From Escherichia coli (GTDB lineage: Bacteria > Pseudomonadota > Gammaproteobacteria > Enterobacterales > Enterobacteriaceae): a stretch of DNA of 64,000 nt. The notes beneath the pieces are model-generated. The model did not search any database and was not told the origin of the DNA. It was given only the letters and a program-made list of their open reading frames with translations. The position numbers and the translations under genes were made by a program. The stretch is from NCBI RefSeq assembly GCF_041248615.1, contig NZ_CP158426.1, one strand, 5' to 3'. Below are positions 1-8,370 of the stretch, piece after piece; position 1 is the first letter of the stretch; every line of letters begins with the position of its first letter.

Positions 1-1
1 T

Positions 2-1117
2 CGCCGCGAAACACTGGTAATCGGGCAGTATGGGCGTGACGGTATCAGCCTGGCAGAAGCGCGAGAAGAACTGATTGCTGCAAAGAAGCTGCTTAAAGCA
101 GGCCAGTCGCCGGCCGCGGCTAAACGTGACGGTATCAAAAAGATTCGTGGTGCCGAGACGTTTGCGGTACATACCGACAGTTATATGAAACACGTCATCC
201 TGGCTGAAAGTACCCGCGCAATGAAGCAGGCAGTGATCGACCGTGACATACTTCCGGTTCTTGGCAACAAAATGATGGCTGAAATTACCACATCGATGGT
301 TCGTGATTTGTGTGACCGGATTGTCGAACGCGGTGGTCGGGCAACAGCAGTACAGGCCAGGGAGATCATCAGCAGCGTATACCGTCACGCCAATGACCGT
401 GGTCATGGTTTGTTTAATCCTGCGGCTGACATTAAACCTTCGTCTATCGCCATATTTAAACCACGAGAGCGAACACTGACACCAGAAGAAATTGGTCTGT
501 TCTTCCGCACGCTGGATGCCATTGGTGCTATGGGCACTATGAAAATGGCTTTAAAGCTGGTGCTTATCACTATGGTCCGTAAAGGCGAATTCACCAATGC
601 AACGTGGGATGAAATAGATTTTAAAAAATGGACATGGACAATTCCTTCAGACCGCATGAAGGGAAGTCGGGCGCACGTTATTTACCTGCCTAAACAGGCA
701 CAGGATATATTAGTCGGGTTGCAGATGTGCGCTGGTGGAAGTGAATATCTGGTTCCTGGTCGTTACAATTTCCGGAAGCCATTATCTAATGCCGCGCTGA
801 ACTCTCTGATCGACAGAACGGTGAAAATAATAAATGAAGATGGTGAGCATATTCAGGACTTCACCGTACACGATATGCGCCGTACAGCCAGTACGTTGTT
901 GCATGAGGCTGGTTATCCTTCAGACTGGATTGAAAAGGCTCTGGCACATGAGCAGAAAGGTGTGCGCGCCGTATATAACAAAGCGGAATACGCCAGACAG
1001 CGCGCCTACATGTTGCAGCAGTGGGCCGATATGATTGATTCCTGGATTAACGGGGAGCATACGGATCTGATTCCGTTCTCCCCGTCGAAGTTTGAGAGGT
1101 GGATGGCGGGGGAATAA
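2..1117 (+). CDS. Tyrosine integrase, P4-type (5' end truncated by the window edge)
   Basis: The frame is open from base 2 (RRETLVIGQYGRDGISLAEAREELIAAKKLLKAG, resembling a DUF4102-type arm-binding domain). The C-terminal catalytic region has HDMRRTAST and ALAHE motifs with a downstream Tyr (VRAVYNKAEY). Confidence 0.9.
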   Translation, partial: RRETLVIGQYGRDGISLAEAREELIAAKKLLKAGQSPAAAKRDGIKKIRGAETFAVHTDSYMKHVILAESTRAMKQAVIDRDILPVLGNKMMAEITTSMVRDLCDRIVERGGRATAVQAREIISSVYRHANDRGHGLFNPAADIKPSSIAIFKPRERTLTPEEIGLFFRTLDAIGAMGTMKMALKLVLITMVRKGEFTNATWDEIDFKKWTWTIPSDRMKGSRAHVIYLPKQAQDILVGLQMCAGGSEYLVPGRYNFRKPLSNAALNSLIDRTVKIINEDGEHIQDFTVHDMRRTASTLLHEAGYPSDWIEKALAHEQKGVRAVYNKAEYARQRAYMLQQWADMIDSWINGEHTDLIPFSPSKFERWMAGE

Positions 1118-1120
1118 CGT

Positions 1121-1315
1121 TTAATTATTCTGCTGATTTTCTTCCATCTCGGCTTCTGCTGCCAGTGATTCAATTTTATCTGCGAATATTGCTGACAGTG
1201 TTGCAAATTCAGCATCAGTGACAGCGGGAATTGGAACAAACCTGATCCCGCTGTGTGCAAGCATGTTTGCAGTTTCAAGGCATTTCCTTAAATCTGCTGG
1301 TGATGCCCTGTTCAT
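1121..1315 (-). CDS. Small hypothetical protein (64 aa), exo-xis-region type
   Basis: Start is an internal ATG at 1315 forming an ATGA overlap with the stop of the upstream methylase gene. The longer 104-aa ORF in the track would overlap that gene. Confidence 0.55.
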   Translation of the reverse strand: MNRASPADLRKCLETANMLAHSGIRFVPIPAVTDAEFATLSAIFADKIESLAAEAEMEENQQNN

Positions 1316-1962
1316 GCTGCACGCTCCCGCCCCTGGTTGTCTGTTGGTGACAGCGGAGCATTGCTGAATGCATTTGTTAATCTGGCAATATCCAACGCGT
1401 ATCCAGGGTGTAGTTGCACTGCCGGGTCTTCGCACTGATTACCCCAAACATCGAAACCATGAGACGACTGGCGGGCGAACAGTTCAATGCGAGAAACATC
1501 GCCTAACAATTGCACAAGTTTTTCACGAACGATATCTGGTTTTCTTGAATGCTCAAGCCGCGGTGCGGTAAATGACTGAACGATCCCTGCATTAATGCGC
1601 GTAGGTAGTTTTCCCTTTACCGCAAACAGGCAATCTTCACTATTGGCGCGAGTCATGTGCCCCATACCCATAACCAGTTTATCTGGTTGTCGACTACCAC
1701 ATTTTATCCACGTGAAGCCCTTCATCGTCATCAGACGAAATCCCCAGGCTTCAACAACTTTTAGTGCTTCGAGTGGTTGTGTTGGCACCCACCACATGGC
1801 CAACAGACAGTTTTCATCGGCCAAATCCCACACAGGAAGGCGGCAGATATCCATCACACTCATAACCGGATATTTAAAACCGGCACCGCGATTACCATCT
1901 GCGGCTTTGTCCCGGTATACCCAGGGTGGATCTGCATAGATTAGTGTGTATTTCTTAGTCAT
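1312..1962 (-). CDS. MT-A70 family DNA N6-adenine methyltransferase
   Basis: DPPW motif (LIYADPPWVY) and MT-A70-like sequence through FDVWGNQ. Confidence 0.85.
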   Translation of the reverse strand: MTKKYTLIYADPPWVYRDKAADGNRGAGFKYPVMSVMDICRLPVWDLADENCLLAMWWVPTQPLEALKVVEAWGFRLMTMKGFTWIKCGSRQPDKLVMGMGHMTRANSEDCLFAVKGKLPTRINAGIVQSFTAPRLEHSRKPDIVREKLVQLLGDVSRIELFARQSSHGFDVWGNQCEDPAVQLHPGYALDIARLTNAFSNAPLSPTDNQGRERAA

Positions 1963-2254
1963 AAACCACCCCGCAACATCCTATACCGCTATAGTCGCCA
2001 CGGCGAAGGCCGTTACCTTTTGTGATACATTGGTCCCTGCGAACCGCGATCCTTGCACGCTCAACATCACCAGAAGCAACATCCATACACTGAAGCCAAA
2101 GGTGAGCGGCAATGCGGAACTGTCCTTTTTTCTCTCTTTCAATTGCGCGTTTTTCGATCTCTATCGCCGCAGGAGTAACGGCGACAATCTTTGACGGACT
2201 GCGCATTGAAACCTTGTTCATGTGATATTTTTCAAGTCGGCTTAACTTTCTCAC
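1955..2254 (-). CDS. PerC/ANR-like small transcriptional regulator (putative)
   Basis: Helical pattern EREKKGQFRIAAHLWLQCMD...RRDQC resembles PerC/ANR proteins. GTG start with a GAGGG ribosome-binding site (RBS). The start is uncertain (alternative ATG at 2221). Confidence 0.5.
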   Translation of the reverse strand: MRKLSRLEKYHMNKVSMRSPSKIVAVTPAAIEIEKRAIEREKKGQFRIAAHLWLQCMDVASGDVERARIAVRRDQCITKGNGLRRGDYSGIGCCGVVYD

Positions 2255-2338
2255 TTAATCCAACCCTCTCTGAAAATTAATGCCAGCAGATAAAGCCATG
2301 CTGAAACAGAGGCCAGGAATAAGTACCATCCTGACCAT
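2255..2338 (-). CDS. Possible 27-aa hydrophobic peptide (not in the ORF track)
   Basis: ATG at 2338. Its TAA stop abuts the GTG start of the next gene (TAAGTG). Sequence MVRMVLIPGLCFSMALSAGINFQRGLD. The RBS spacing is short. Confidence 0.25.
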   Translation of the reverse strand: MVRMVLIPGLCFSMALSAGINFQRGLD

Positions 2339-2363
2339 TTGCTCCAGTGCCTTAGCAGCACAC

Positions 2364-2612
2364 TCATGCAGCGTTGCTCACAGGACGATATACACGTTGC
2401 TGAACAGGAGGCTTTTTACCCTGGAACTCTGCCGGGCTTGCTGCCTGACGTTCATCAAGCCAACGCTCAACTTCGTCACGGTTCCATGCGCAGCGTTTGT
2501 CAGTGATATACCAGCGTTTAGGAAATTCACCTGCGCGCTCCATACGGTCGATAGTGCTCCATGACAGTGGCACCACCGCCAGGAGTTCCTTCTTACCTAA
2601 TGCACCTTTCAT
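2364..2612 (-). CDS. AlpA-family DNA-binding protein / putative excisionase
   Basis: Motifs STIDRMERAGEFPKR and WNRDEVERWL are typical of the Phage_AlpA helix-turn-helix (HTH) family. Confidence 0.8.
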   Translation of the reverse strand: MKGALGKKELLAVVPLSWSTIDRMERAGEFPKRWYITDKRCAWNRDEVERWLDERQAASPAEFQGKKPPVQQRVYRPVSNAA

Positions 2613-2661
2613 AAATACCTCTCTTGGTTGCAGTGCGGCGCGCGTGGCGCCGCGGTGGTGG

Positions 2662-3543
2662 TTACATAGATGTTTCGTTTAATTCTTCCCGACGAACGCT
2701 GTAAACGTCGGTGGCTTTTGCCAGCAGTTCGTCATCATCTGAAAGTTTTTGTGCAATGTATTTGTAAGCCTTATCCAGTTCGGAGACAGTGCTGTAATTC
2801 ATCGCTGCGCTGGTAAAGGCCATCAGCATTTCTTCTGGATCACGGCTATCCGCTTTACGCGTTTGCTCATCATGCTTTTTCACTGGTTTAGCGTTGATCA
2901 GACTGTTCATTCCCGCAGCAGTAGTCGTTTGCGGAGTAATGTCTCGCTCAACGCGCGGTGCCGTTTCCTGTAATTCGTCAGGGGTGTAAACACCGAGAAG
3001 CACATCAGGAGCGTGCAGGCGAGCCCATCGTTTCGTGCAAAGATAGGCAAGCTGCTGGCGCGGATCCTGTTCCCACAATGGAGAGTTACGCACTCCGGCT
3101 TGCGCCATACTGATGGTAAGCTCACGGGGTTCTGCTTCTCCTTTAAGAACTGCTGACACAGTTACCGTCAGATTCGGTGATTTATCTGTTTTGCCGTTAA
3201 CATTCGACCAGTCACCGCTCCAGCGATAATTCAGGCGTGTCGCTAGCAGGCTGGAAGAGGATACGACCGCGTTTACCAACTGTGCTTCGTAGCCTAACGT
3301 TCCGTTTACCACATGCGTTTTCTGCGCCACGGCGAAAGGGTTCATTCCCCACTGTGCCGCCTGCATGGTCACCGCCAGACAATCGGCAGGTTTGCCTTCA
3401 AGATGTTTCGGTACAGTCGCTTTGCTTTGTGACATCAACTCCGCGAAACGCACCAGTTGATTCATGCCCTCGGGGCTGAAGATTGCCGCAGCAGTGCCTA
3501 CAGTTGCGCCTGGTTGTGATGTGATTGCGATATCATTGCTCAT
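2662..3543 (-). CDS. recT: RecT-family single-strand annealing recombinase
   Basis: RecT-like core (AVTMQAAQWGMNPFAVAQKTHVVNGTLGYEAQL). Its start overlaps the stop of the upstream exonuclease gene by 4 nt. Confidence 0.85.
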   Translation of the reverse strand: MSNDIAITSQPGATVGTAAAIFSPEGMNQLVRFAELMSQSKATVPKHLEGKPADCLAVTMQAAQWGMNPFAVAQKTHVVNGTLGYEAQLVNAVVSSSSLLATRLNYRWSGDWSNVNGKTDKSPNLTVTVSAVLKGEAEPRELTISMAQAGVRNSPLWEQDPRQQLAYLCTKRWARLHAPDVLLGVYTPDELQETAPRVERDITPQTTTAAGMNSLINAKPVKKHDEQTRKADSRDPEEMLMAFTSAAMNYSTVSELDKAYKYIAQKLSDDDELLAKATDVYSVRREELNETSM

Positions 3544-4361
3544 ACGTACATATCCTGTTTACGTGCCCAGTCAGGGCGTTTAATAATTTCCACGCCGCCC
3601 CATTCATCATTTATGCGGCATTCGTGATAGGTATTCAGATCCCGGCGGAACAGAGCGTGCCCGGCATCGACATCCGGCGCATCCAGCTCGAACACGCGTA
3701 CCGGATACCGACCACAATCAATGCTTTCGCTCACGGCAAGAAAGAAAAAACCATGCGGTTGACCAGTAACCCTCATTGCGCCTTCGCGGTACATTGCGTC
3801 CTGCACGTGGTAGCGGAATTCCTCGATGTGGCGTGCAAAACGGTCCATATCTGCAACCTTTTTCACGTCGACGATCACGTTGTGCTCGTTCAGCCATTTG
3901 TCTGGACGAATGCGGCACAACTCACCCGTCTCTTCATCGTTCCAGTACATTGATGCTTCGCAGTAACCAGGTGCTTCCAGCATCCAGCGTGCCGCCGGAT
4001 GAGCCATTGCGCTATCACGCATGAGCTCAAGTTTTCGCCACTGCTCGACATCAAGTACCGTAATACCCATATCCGCCACATCACGAAGAAATGCTTCTTC
4101 GTCAGCTTTACCTTGTTTTGTCCGACGATCGAATTTCGGTGAAACGATGAAGCGTTTGTCAAACTCTCCAGGTTCCAGAAGCAGACAGTGCAGAGCAGTA
4201 CCCATGTCCAGTGCAGACTTCTTCTCTTCGTCTTCCGGAGCAGCCTTCACCCATTTCAGAAGGGCAGGGTTCTTAGCCACCATATCTAGCTGCGACTTAC
4301 TCACGCCGTCACCGGCGTGGTAGTCCTCGTTGCTGATATCGAAATAAATTCCCGGATTCAT
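3540..4361 (-). CDS. RecE/exonuclease VIII-like PD-(D/E)XK nuclease
   Basis: N-terminal ISNEDYHAGDGVSKSQL plus the D...VDVKK nuclease motif. Paired with recT. Confidence 0.8.
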   Translation of the reverse strand: MNPGIYFDISNEDYHAGDGVSKSQLDMVAKNPALLKWVKAAPEDEEKKSALDMGTALHCLLLEPGEFDKRFIVSPKFDRRTKQGKADEEAFLRDVADMGITVLDVEQWRKLELMRDSAMAHPAARWMLEAPGYCEASMYWNDEETGELCRIRPDKWLNEHNVIVDVKKVADMDRFARHIEEFRYHVQDAMYREGAMRVTGQPHGFFFLAVSESIDCGRYPVRVFELDAPDVDAGHALFRRDLNTYHECRINDEWGGVEIIKRPDWARKQDMYV

Positions 4362-4657
4362 GCCGCGTCCCTCTGCCCATCAATCTGATCAGCCAGATCC
4401 CAGCGGGCGATAATTGCCATTGCCTCGCGCCGGTAGGCATCCATCAGTTCTTCGAACTCAGGGCTGTCTTTAGCAGCCTCCAGCACTTCCTGACGAACGC
4501 CTTTGCCTGTTACAACGTCGAAAGTTGAGGACAGTTGATGAAGTCGGATGCTCTCAATCAGTTCAACTTGTCGGTCATATAGCTGTTCTGACAGGCGGTA
4601 GTCCTTGTCGAATGCCAGCATGATTTTTTGAAGATTTTTCTGCTGATTAACGTTCAT
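4358..4657 (-). CDS. Hypothetical early protein (99 aa)
   Basis: ATG at 4657 preceded by a GGGAGGG RBS. Its stop overlaps the start of the downstream nuclease gene. Confidence 0.6.
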   Translation of the reverse strand: MNVNQQKNLQKIMLAFDKDYRLSEQLYDRQVELIESIRLHQLSSTFDVVTGKGVRQEVLEAAKDSPEFEELMDAYRREAMAIIARWDLADQIDGQRDAA

Positions 4658-4659
4658 TA

Positions 4660-4812
4660 TCAGCCCTCCCATATCTCGTTATCGTTGGCTACATCGCGAG
4701 CTTCTTTGCTGACGAAAGCCCACTTAATGCCTTCCTGTAAGGTGCGGAACTTCCAGCTCATGAATCCGCATGCAGTAACGCAGTACCAACCGTTGATGAT
4801 TTTCCACTGCAT
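4660..4812 (-). CDS. Possible 50-aa early protein (not in the ORF track)
   Basis: ATG at 4812 with a GAGG RBS. It is the first ORF of the leftward operon. Sequence MQWKIINGWYCVTACGFMSWKFRTLQEGIKWAFVSKEARDVANDNEIWEG. Confidence 0.45.
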   Translation of the reverse strand: MQWKIINGWYCVTACGFMSWKFRTLQEGIKWAFVSKEARDVANDNEIWEG

Positions 4813-4830
4813 AACTTGTTACCTCGGTCT

Positions 4831-4909
4831 GTTACTGTTGAGGTAATGATTATGCGTATCTGGTTTGATGTCAATAGATATGAGTTAAAAAAATTACCCA
4901 TAAGGTAAT
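4831..4909 (-). promoter_or_regulatory. Leftward early (PL-like) promoter with two operator sites
   Basis: On the minus strand: -35 TTGACA (4869-4874), 16-nt spacer, -10 TAATCA (4847-4852). Operators are GTTACTGTTGAGGTAAT (4831-4847) and ATTACCCATAAGGTAAT (4893-4909), with centres 62 bp apart. Confidence 0.6.
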
Positions 4910-4921
4910 CTTGTTGGCAAT

Positions 4922-4943
4922 AAAAAAGCCGCCATAAGGCGGC
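4922..4943 (-). terminator. Rho-independent terminator after the repressor gene
   Basis: GCCGCC-TTAT-GGCGGC followed by TTTTTT on the minus strand. Confidence 0.8.
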
Positions 4944-4965
4944 TTACTTACTGAAAAATATGATT

Positions 4966-5550
4966 TTATTGTTTGTTTTTTTCGTTCTGGTTGATGACAA
5001 ATTCAATGTAACTTTCGATCTTTGCCTTCTCTGTTTCAGGTAACAATGCGTAGCGCGAGCGGTCATAGTTGATAGTTGCAGGGTCATGCGGATGAATCAG
5101 TAGTTCATATCCGTGACGCCCGAATGCAGATGCAACATTCTCCAGGGTGGAAATGGAAACGCTGACTTCATTGTTTAACAGGCGGCTTATTGTCACCTGG
5201 GCGACGCCGGATGCGCGGTGAAGTTTTCCCTGAGTTGAAAGGTCGCGGCTTTCACTCATCCAGCGTTCCAGGTTGTGAGCTGCCAGCTGACCAATGTCGC
5301 TTGGGCCGACAGGCTGAAAACCTTCCTGAGAAAGCGAGCGATCGATATCAAGCCAGTTACGGGGTTTATTGGCGGCAGCTTCAATTTTTCGCGCAACCTG
5401 GTCGCCGATAACCTTCTTGCCAAGAGCCCAGCGGTTTACCAGATTTGCCTGAGTTCCAAGTTTTTCTGCCATCCGCGTCTGAACACCATTGAATTCACGG
5501 TCGATCAAGTCGTTGAGATTTTGCCTGCGGACGTCCTGGATACTTTTCAT
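4966..5550 (-). CDS. Prophage repressor (CI analogue) with two HTH units and no peptidase domain
   Basis: It lies between the leftward and rightward operator clusters and is divergent from a Cro-like gene. XRE-type HTH units are at about residues 25-50 and 115-145. No S24-type Ser/Lys autocleavage motif is visible. Confidence 0.75.
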   Translation of the reverse strand: MKSIQDVRRQNLNDLIDREFNGVQTRMAEKLGTQANLVNRWALGKKVIGDQVARKIEAAANKPRNWLDIDRSLSQEGFQPVGPSDIGQLAAHNLERWMSESRDLSTQGKLHRASGVAQVTISRLLNNEVSVSISTLENVASAFGRHGYELLIHPHDPATINYDRSRYALLPETEKAKIESYIEFVINQNEKNKQ

Positions 5551-5604
5551 TTTCTGGAAAATCGCCTCATATATGAATCAGTAGATGATTCAATTTAAAG
5601 CAAT

Positions 5605-5672
5605 ATTACCCAACAGGTAAATGCACCTCATAGGTAACTATCCTTGATTTTTGTTACCTTATGGGTGAATAT
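5605..5672. promoter_or_regulatory. Rightward operator cluster (OR-like) with divergent promoters
   Basis: Three 17-bp sites at 5605, 5622 and 5653. The plus-strand promoter is TTGATT (5644-5649), 17-nt spacer, GAATAT (5667-5672), and spans the third site. Confidence 0.6.
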
Positions 5673-5704
5673 TTATTATCTGAAATAAATATCAGGCAAT
5701 AGCT

Positions 5705-5935
5705 ATGAGCGATAACGGACATTTCGATTTCAAAAAGCACTGGCTTGCACTTACTCCGGATGAGCGTGAAGCCTTCGCACAGGAAGCCGGAACGACGAGT
5801 CACTATATCCAGACTCACTTAACAGGTAAGCGCAAAATGCCAGGTAAAGTATTGATGAATGGGCTTTTTAAAGCCTGTAAAACAAGACAATGGCTGCGCT
5901 CAAAAGCAGAACTGGCATACTTCTTCTACTCATGA
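5705..5935 (+). CDS. Cro/YdaS-like HTH regulator
   Basis: 76-aa protein divergent from the repressor gene. HTH-like segment EAFAQEAGTTSHYIQTHLTGKRKM. Confidence 0.6.
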   Translation: MSDNGHFDFKKHWLALTPDEREAFAQEAGTTSHYIQTHLTGKRKMPGKVLMNGLFKACKTRQWLRSKAELAYFFYS

Positions 5936-5957
5936 TATCCAGCCACAACCCTCTGTA

Positions 5958-5979
5958 GACCGCCACCCGGCGGTCTTTT
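5958..5979 (+). terminator. Rho-independent terminator after the cro-like gene
   Basis: GACCGCC-ACCC-GGCGGTC followed by TTTT. Confidence 0.75.
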
Positions 5980-5989
5980 CATATCTATT

Positions 5990-6006
5990 CGTACCTCAAA
6001 GGTAAT
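5990..6006. promoter_or_regulatory. Operator-type site CGTACCTCAAAGGTAAT
   Basis: Matches the dispersed ACC-N5-GGTAAT palindrome. It sits directly after a terminator and directly follows ATATCTATTCGTA, whose last four bases (CGTA) are its first four. Confidence 0.5.
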
Positions 6007-6085
6007 AAAAAACCAAATCTGGTTGATCTTTTTTTTGTGTCAGCACAAAATGACCGTAATCCCAATACTAATAACAGGGCTTACC

Positions 6086-6286
6086 ATGGAAATCATTACA
6101 CGTATTGATGCCGCAAAGCGCGGACTTAAACGCTACTACACCGGAAAAACATGTAAGCACGGACATGACAGTGAACGCTGGGTTTACAACGGACACTGTG
6201 TTGAGTGCACCATGGAATCAAACCGTCGCATCAGGGCAGAGATTAAGCAGATCATGATTAATTCCTCCCCACAACATTCAAGCTGA
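6086..6286 (+). CDS. Small zinc-ribbon-like phage protein
   Basis: YYTGKTCKHGH...NGHCVECT motif. I prefer the ATG at 6086 over the upstream TTG at 6023. Confidence 0.55.
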   Translation: MEIITRIDAAKRGLKRYYTGKTCKHGHDSERWVYNGHCVECTMESNRRIRAEIKQIMINSSPQHSS

Positions 6287-6301
6287 TAGCGGAGATTAAT
6301 C

Positions 6302-7117
6302 ATGAGCAGACATGCAACAGATTGGGCCTGGGAGACAGATCCAGGTAGCTCGTCATTAAAGCTCATACTGCTCTCGATGGCTGACAGAGCCGATGAATAT
6401 AACCTCTGCTACCCCAGCATAGAACGCCTCGTTAAAGACACTTGCCTGAATAAAAAAACCGTGCAGGCCGGGCTTATATCGCTCATGAAAATGGGGCTTA
6501 TTTCAGATACCGGAGAGAGAAAGGGGGCGACGAAAAGAGTACGGGTTTTCTCTCTTAATATAACCAAAAACGGGAACATTAAAGGCAACCGGGAGGGGGG
6601 TAATGAACCCGAAAACGGTAATGTTACCGAAAACGGGAATATACCCAAAAACGGGATGTTGAATGATCCCAAAAACGGGATGTTGAATGATCCCAAAAAC
6701 GGGATCCAGAACCAGTCATATAACCAGTCATTTAACCAAGAGAGGGAGAGCAGGACAAAAAGCGGGGATTCTGTGCCTCATGACCCCGGCGCAAACAACG
6801 CCGTGATGAATAACTTTGTTCCTCCTGGTGGGCCAGGGCAATTAGGCAAATTTGTCATGCATGAACAATGGCAGCCATCAGATGACTTTCTTCGGAAAAG
6901 CTCATTGCAGGGGATCTACCTGGACAGTCTGCCAACGGCACAGGAACTTGCAGAGTTCAGAATTTACTGGATGGCTGAGGGTAAGGCATACCATCAGGCA
7001 CAGTGGGAGCAGAAGCTGGCAAGGCGGCTGCAGATTAGCAGACAGAAGCAATCAACATTACCTGATAACAACGTTCCGCACTGGAACAGCCCTGAAGCAT
7101 GGGAGGATTTCTTGTGA
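6302..7117 (+). CDS. Replication initiator (lambda O-like) with internal origin repeats
   Basis: N-terminal winged-helix region (LKLILLSMADRADEYNLCYPSIERL), central repeat-encoded segment (PKNGMLND x2), and a C-terminal region followed by a P-like gene. Confidence 0.7.
   Translation: MSRHATDWAWETDPGSSSLKLILLSMADRADEYNLCYPSIERLVKDTCLNKKTVQAGLISLMKMGLISDTGERKGATKRVRVFSLNITKNGNIKGNREGGNEPENGNVTENGNIPKNGMLNDPKNGMLNDPKNGIQNQSYNQSFNQERESRTKSGDSVPHDPGANNAVMNNFVPPGGPGQLGKFVMHEQWQPSDDFLRKSSLQGIYLDSLPTAQELAEFRIYWMAEGKAYHQAQWEQKLARRLQISRQKQSTLPDNNVPHWNSPEAWEDFL
6564..6705. repeat. Putative origin iterons (six copies of CC[C/G]AAAACGG[G/T]A), including 24-bp tandem repeats
   Basis: Copies start at 6564, 6608, 6626, 6644, 6668 and 6692. 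The last three are spaced exactly 24 bp apart. They are followed by AACCAGTCAT(A/T)T direct repeats. Confidence 0.7.
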
Positions 7118-7899
7118 ACAACGTTTTTACCGCGATACAAAACCGTGACGGAGAAGCCCTTTCTCGCATGTCAGGTTATGAGCATCAGTACGTCAACAAT
7201 GACAATGTGGTGAACATGTCAGCAGAGAGGCTTGTTGATGCCCTTTTTAAACAGCTGAAACAACTGTTTCCGGCGGCAGTGGTAACCAACCTGAAGACGC
7301 CAGAGCAGGAAGTTGCTGCAAAACAGCAGTGGATTGCTGCGTTTGCCGAAGGGGGGATCCGAACCCGTGAACAGGTTTCTGCTGGTATGCGCCACGCCCG
7401 CGCCAGTGAATCTCCGTTCTGGCCGTCTCCAGGGCAATTTATCAAGTGGTGCAAAGACAGCAAGATGGTTCTTGGCGTCACCATTGACGATGTGATGGCG
7501 GAGTTTCACCGGTACAGCAAGGAAAAAAGTTTATATCCTGGTGGTCCCGAAAGATTCCCGTGGCGACATCCGGTTATGTACTGGGTCGTATGTGATACCC
7601 GCCGTGCAATGTATCAGCGCCAGCTTAGCGAGATTGAGGTTGAGAAACACGCGCGCAGGCTGCTCGATGATTGGGCGAAAAAGGTGGCTTCCGGACAGCA
7701 GATACCCGATCCGGTGATCAGCATACAGGCAAAGCCAGAACCCATGAGTACACCTCCGGACACAGGGAGAGACGTTTACCATCCACCAGGGCGAAGTTTC
7801 GGGTGCATGCCTAACGCCGCCACCCTTGGGGGAATAACACCGGCGCAGTGGCTGATGGAGGAATACAGGCGGGGAAAGGCGGCAGGATTTATCAAGTAA
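7114..7899 (+). CDS. Replication protein P-like helicase loader
   Basis: AAKQQWIAAFAEGGIRTREQVSAGMRHARASESPFWPSPGQFIKWC is typical of the lambda P family. GTG at 7114 follows a GGAGG RBS; an alternative ATG is at 7099. Confidence 0.75.
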   Translation: MNNVFTAIQNRDGEALSRMSGYEHQYVNNDNVVNMSAERLVDALFKQLKQLFPAAVVTNLKTPEQEVAAKQQWIAAFAEGGIRTREQVSAGMRHARASESPFWPSPGQFIKWCKDSKMVLGVTIDDVMAEFHRYSKEKSLYPGGPERFPWRHPVMYWVVCDTRRAMYQRQLSEIEVEKHARRLLDDWAKKVASGQQIPDPVISIQAKPEPMSTPPDTGRDVYHPPGRSFGCMPNAATLGGITPAQWLMEEYRRGKAAGFIK

Positions 7900-7935
7900 T
7901 ACCAGCGCGATAGCGCATTTTTTTACGCCTCGACA

Positions 7936-8014
7936 ATTACCTGTTAGGTAATAAAATATTCTAAAATCTATTGATTTCGTGTCTTATGTGGTTTTTAATT
8001 ACCTCAGAGGTAAA
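7936..8014 (+). promoter_or_regulatory. Promoter of the next rightward unit, with two operators
   Basis: -35 TTGATT (7971-7976), 17-nt spacer, -10 TTTAAT (7994-7999). Operators at 7936-7952 and 7998-8014 have centres 62 bp apart, the same geometry as the leftward promoter. Confidence 0.55.
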
Positions 8015-8016
8015 TC

Positions 8017-8370
8017 ATGAGAAAACAGATACAGGCTCTTGGTCGACTCAAAACAGGTCAGATGAACAAAACAGAATCTGCGTATTGCCAGCACCTTGAG
8101 CTGCGTAAACGTGCAGGAGAAATCGTCTGGTATCGATTTGAGGGTATCAAGCTGCGGTTAGCTGACAACTGCTTCCTGACTGTAGATTTTGCCGTGATGT
8201 TGGCTGACGGGCAGTTGGTGATGGTGGACGTTAAGGGAAGTAAGTCAGTCTTTACTGACGATGCGAGAGTCAAGATGAAGGTTGCGGCAGACAGCTATCC
8301 GTTTGTCTTTCAGGTTGCTTATCCAAAACCTAAAAAGCTCGGTGGTGGATGGGAGGTTGAGGAACTATGA
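8017..8370 (+). CDS. DUF1064-like phage protein (putative PD-(D/E)XK nuclease/resolvase)
   Basis: 117 aa. The ESAYCQHLELRKRAGEI...VDVKG pattern resembles DUF1064. Confidence 0.55.
   Translation: MRKQIQALGRLKTGQMNKTESAYCQHLELRKRAGEIVWYRFEGIKLRLADNCFLTVDFAVMLADGQLVMVDVKGSKSVFTDDARVKMKVAADSYPFVFQVAYPKPKKLGGGWEVEEL

Noticed and set aside
6564-6705. Short regularly spaced repeats that could be mistaken for a CRISPR array.
   Set aside because: The repeats lie in frame inside the O-like ORF. The repeat units are only 12-14 bp, with no unique spacers of CRISPR size, and there are no cas genes. Origin iterons explain them better.
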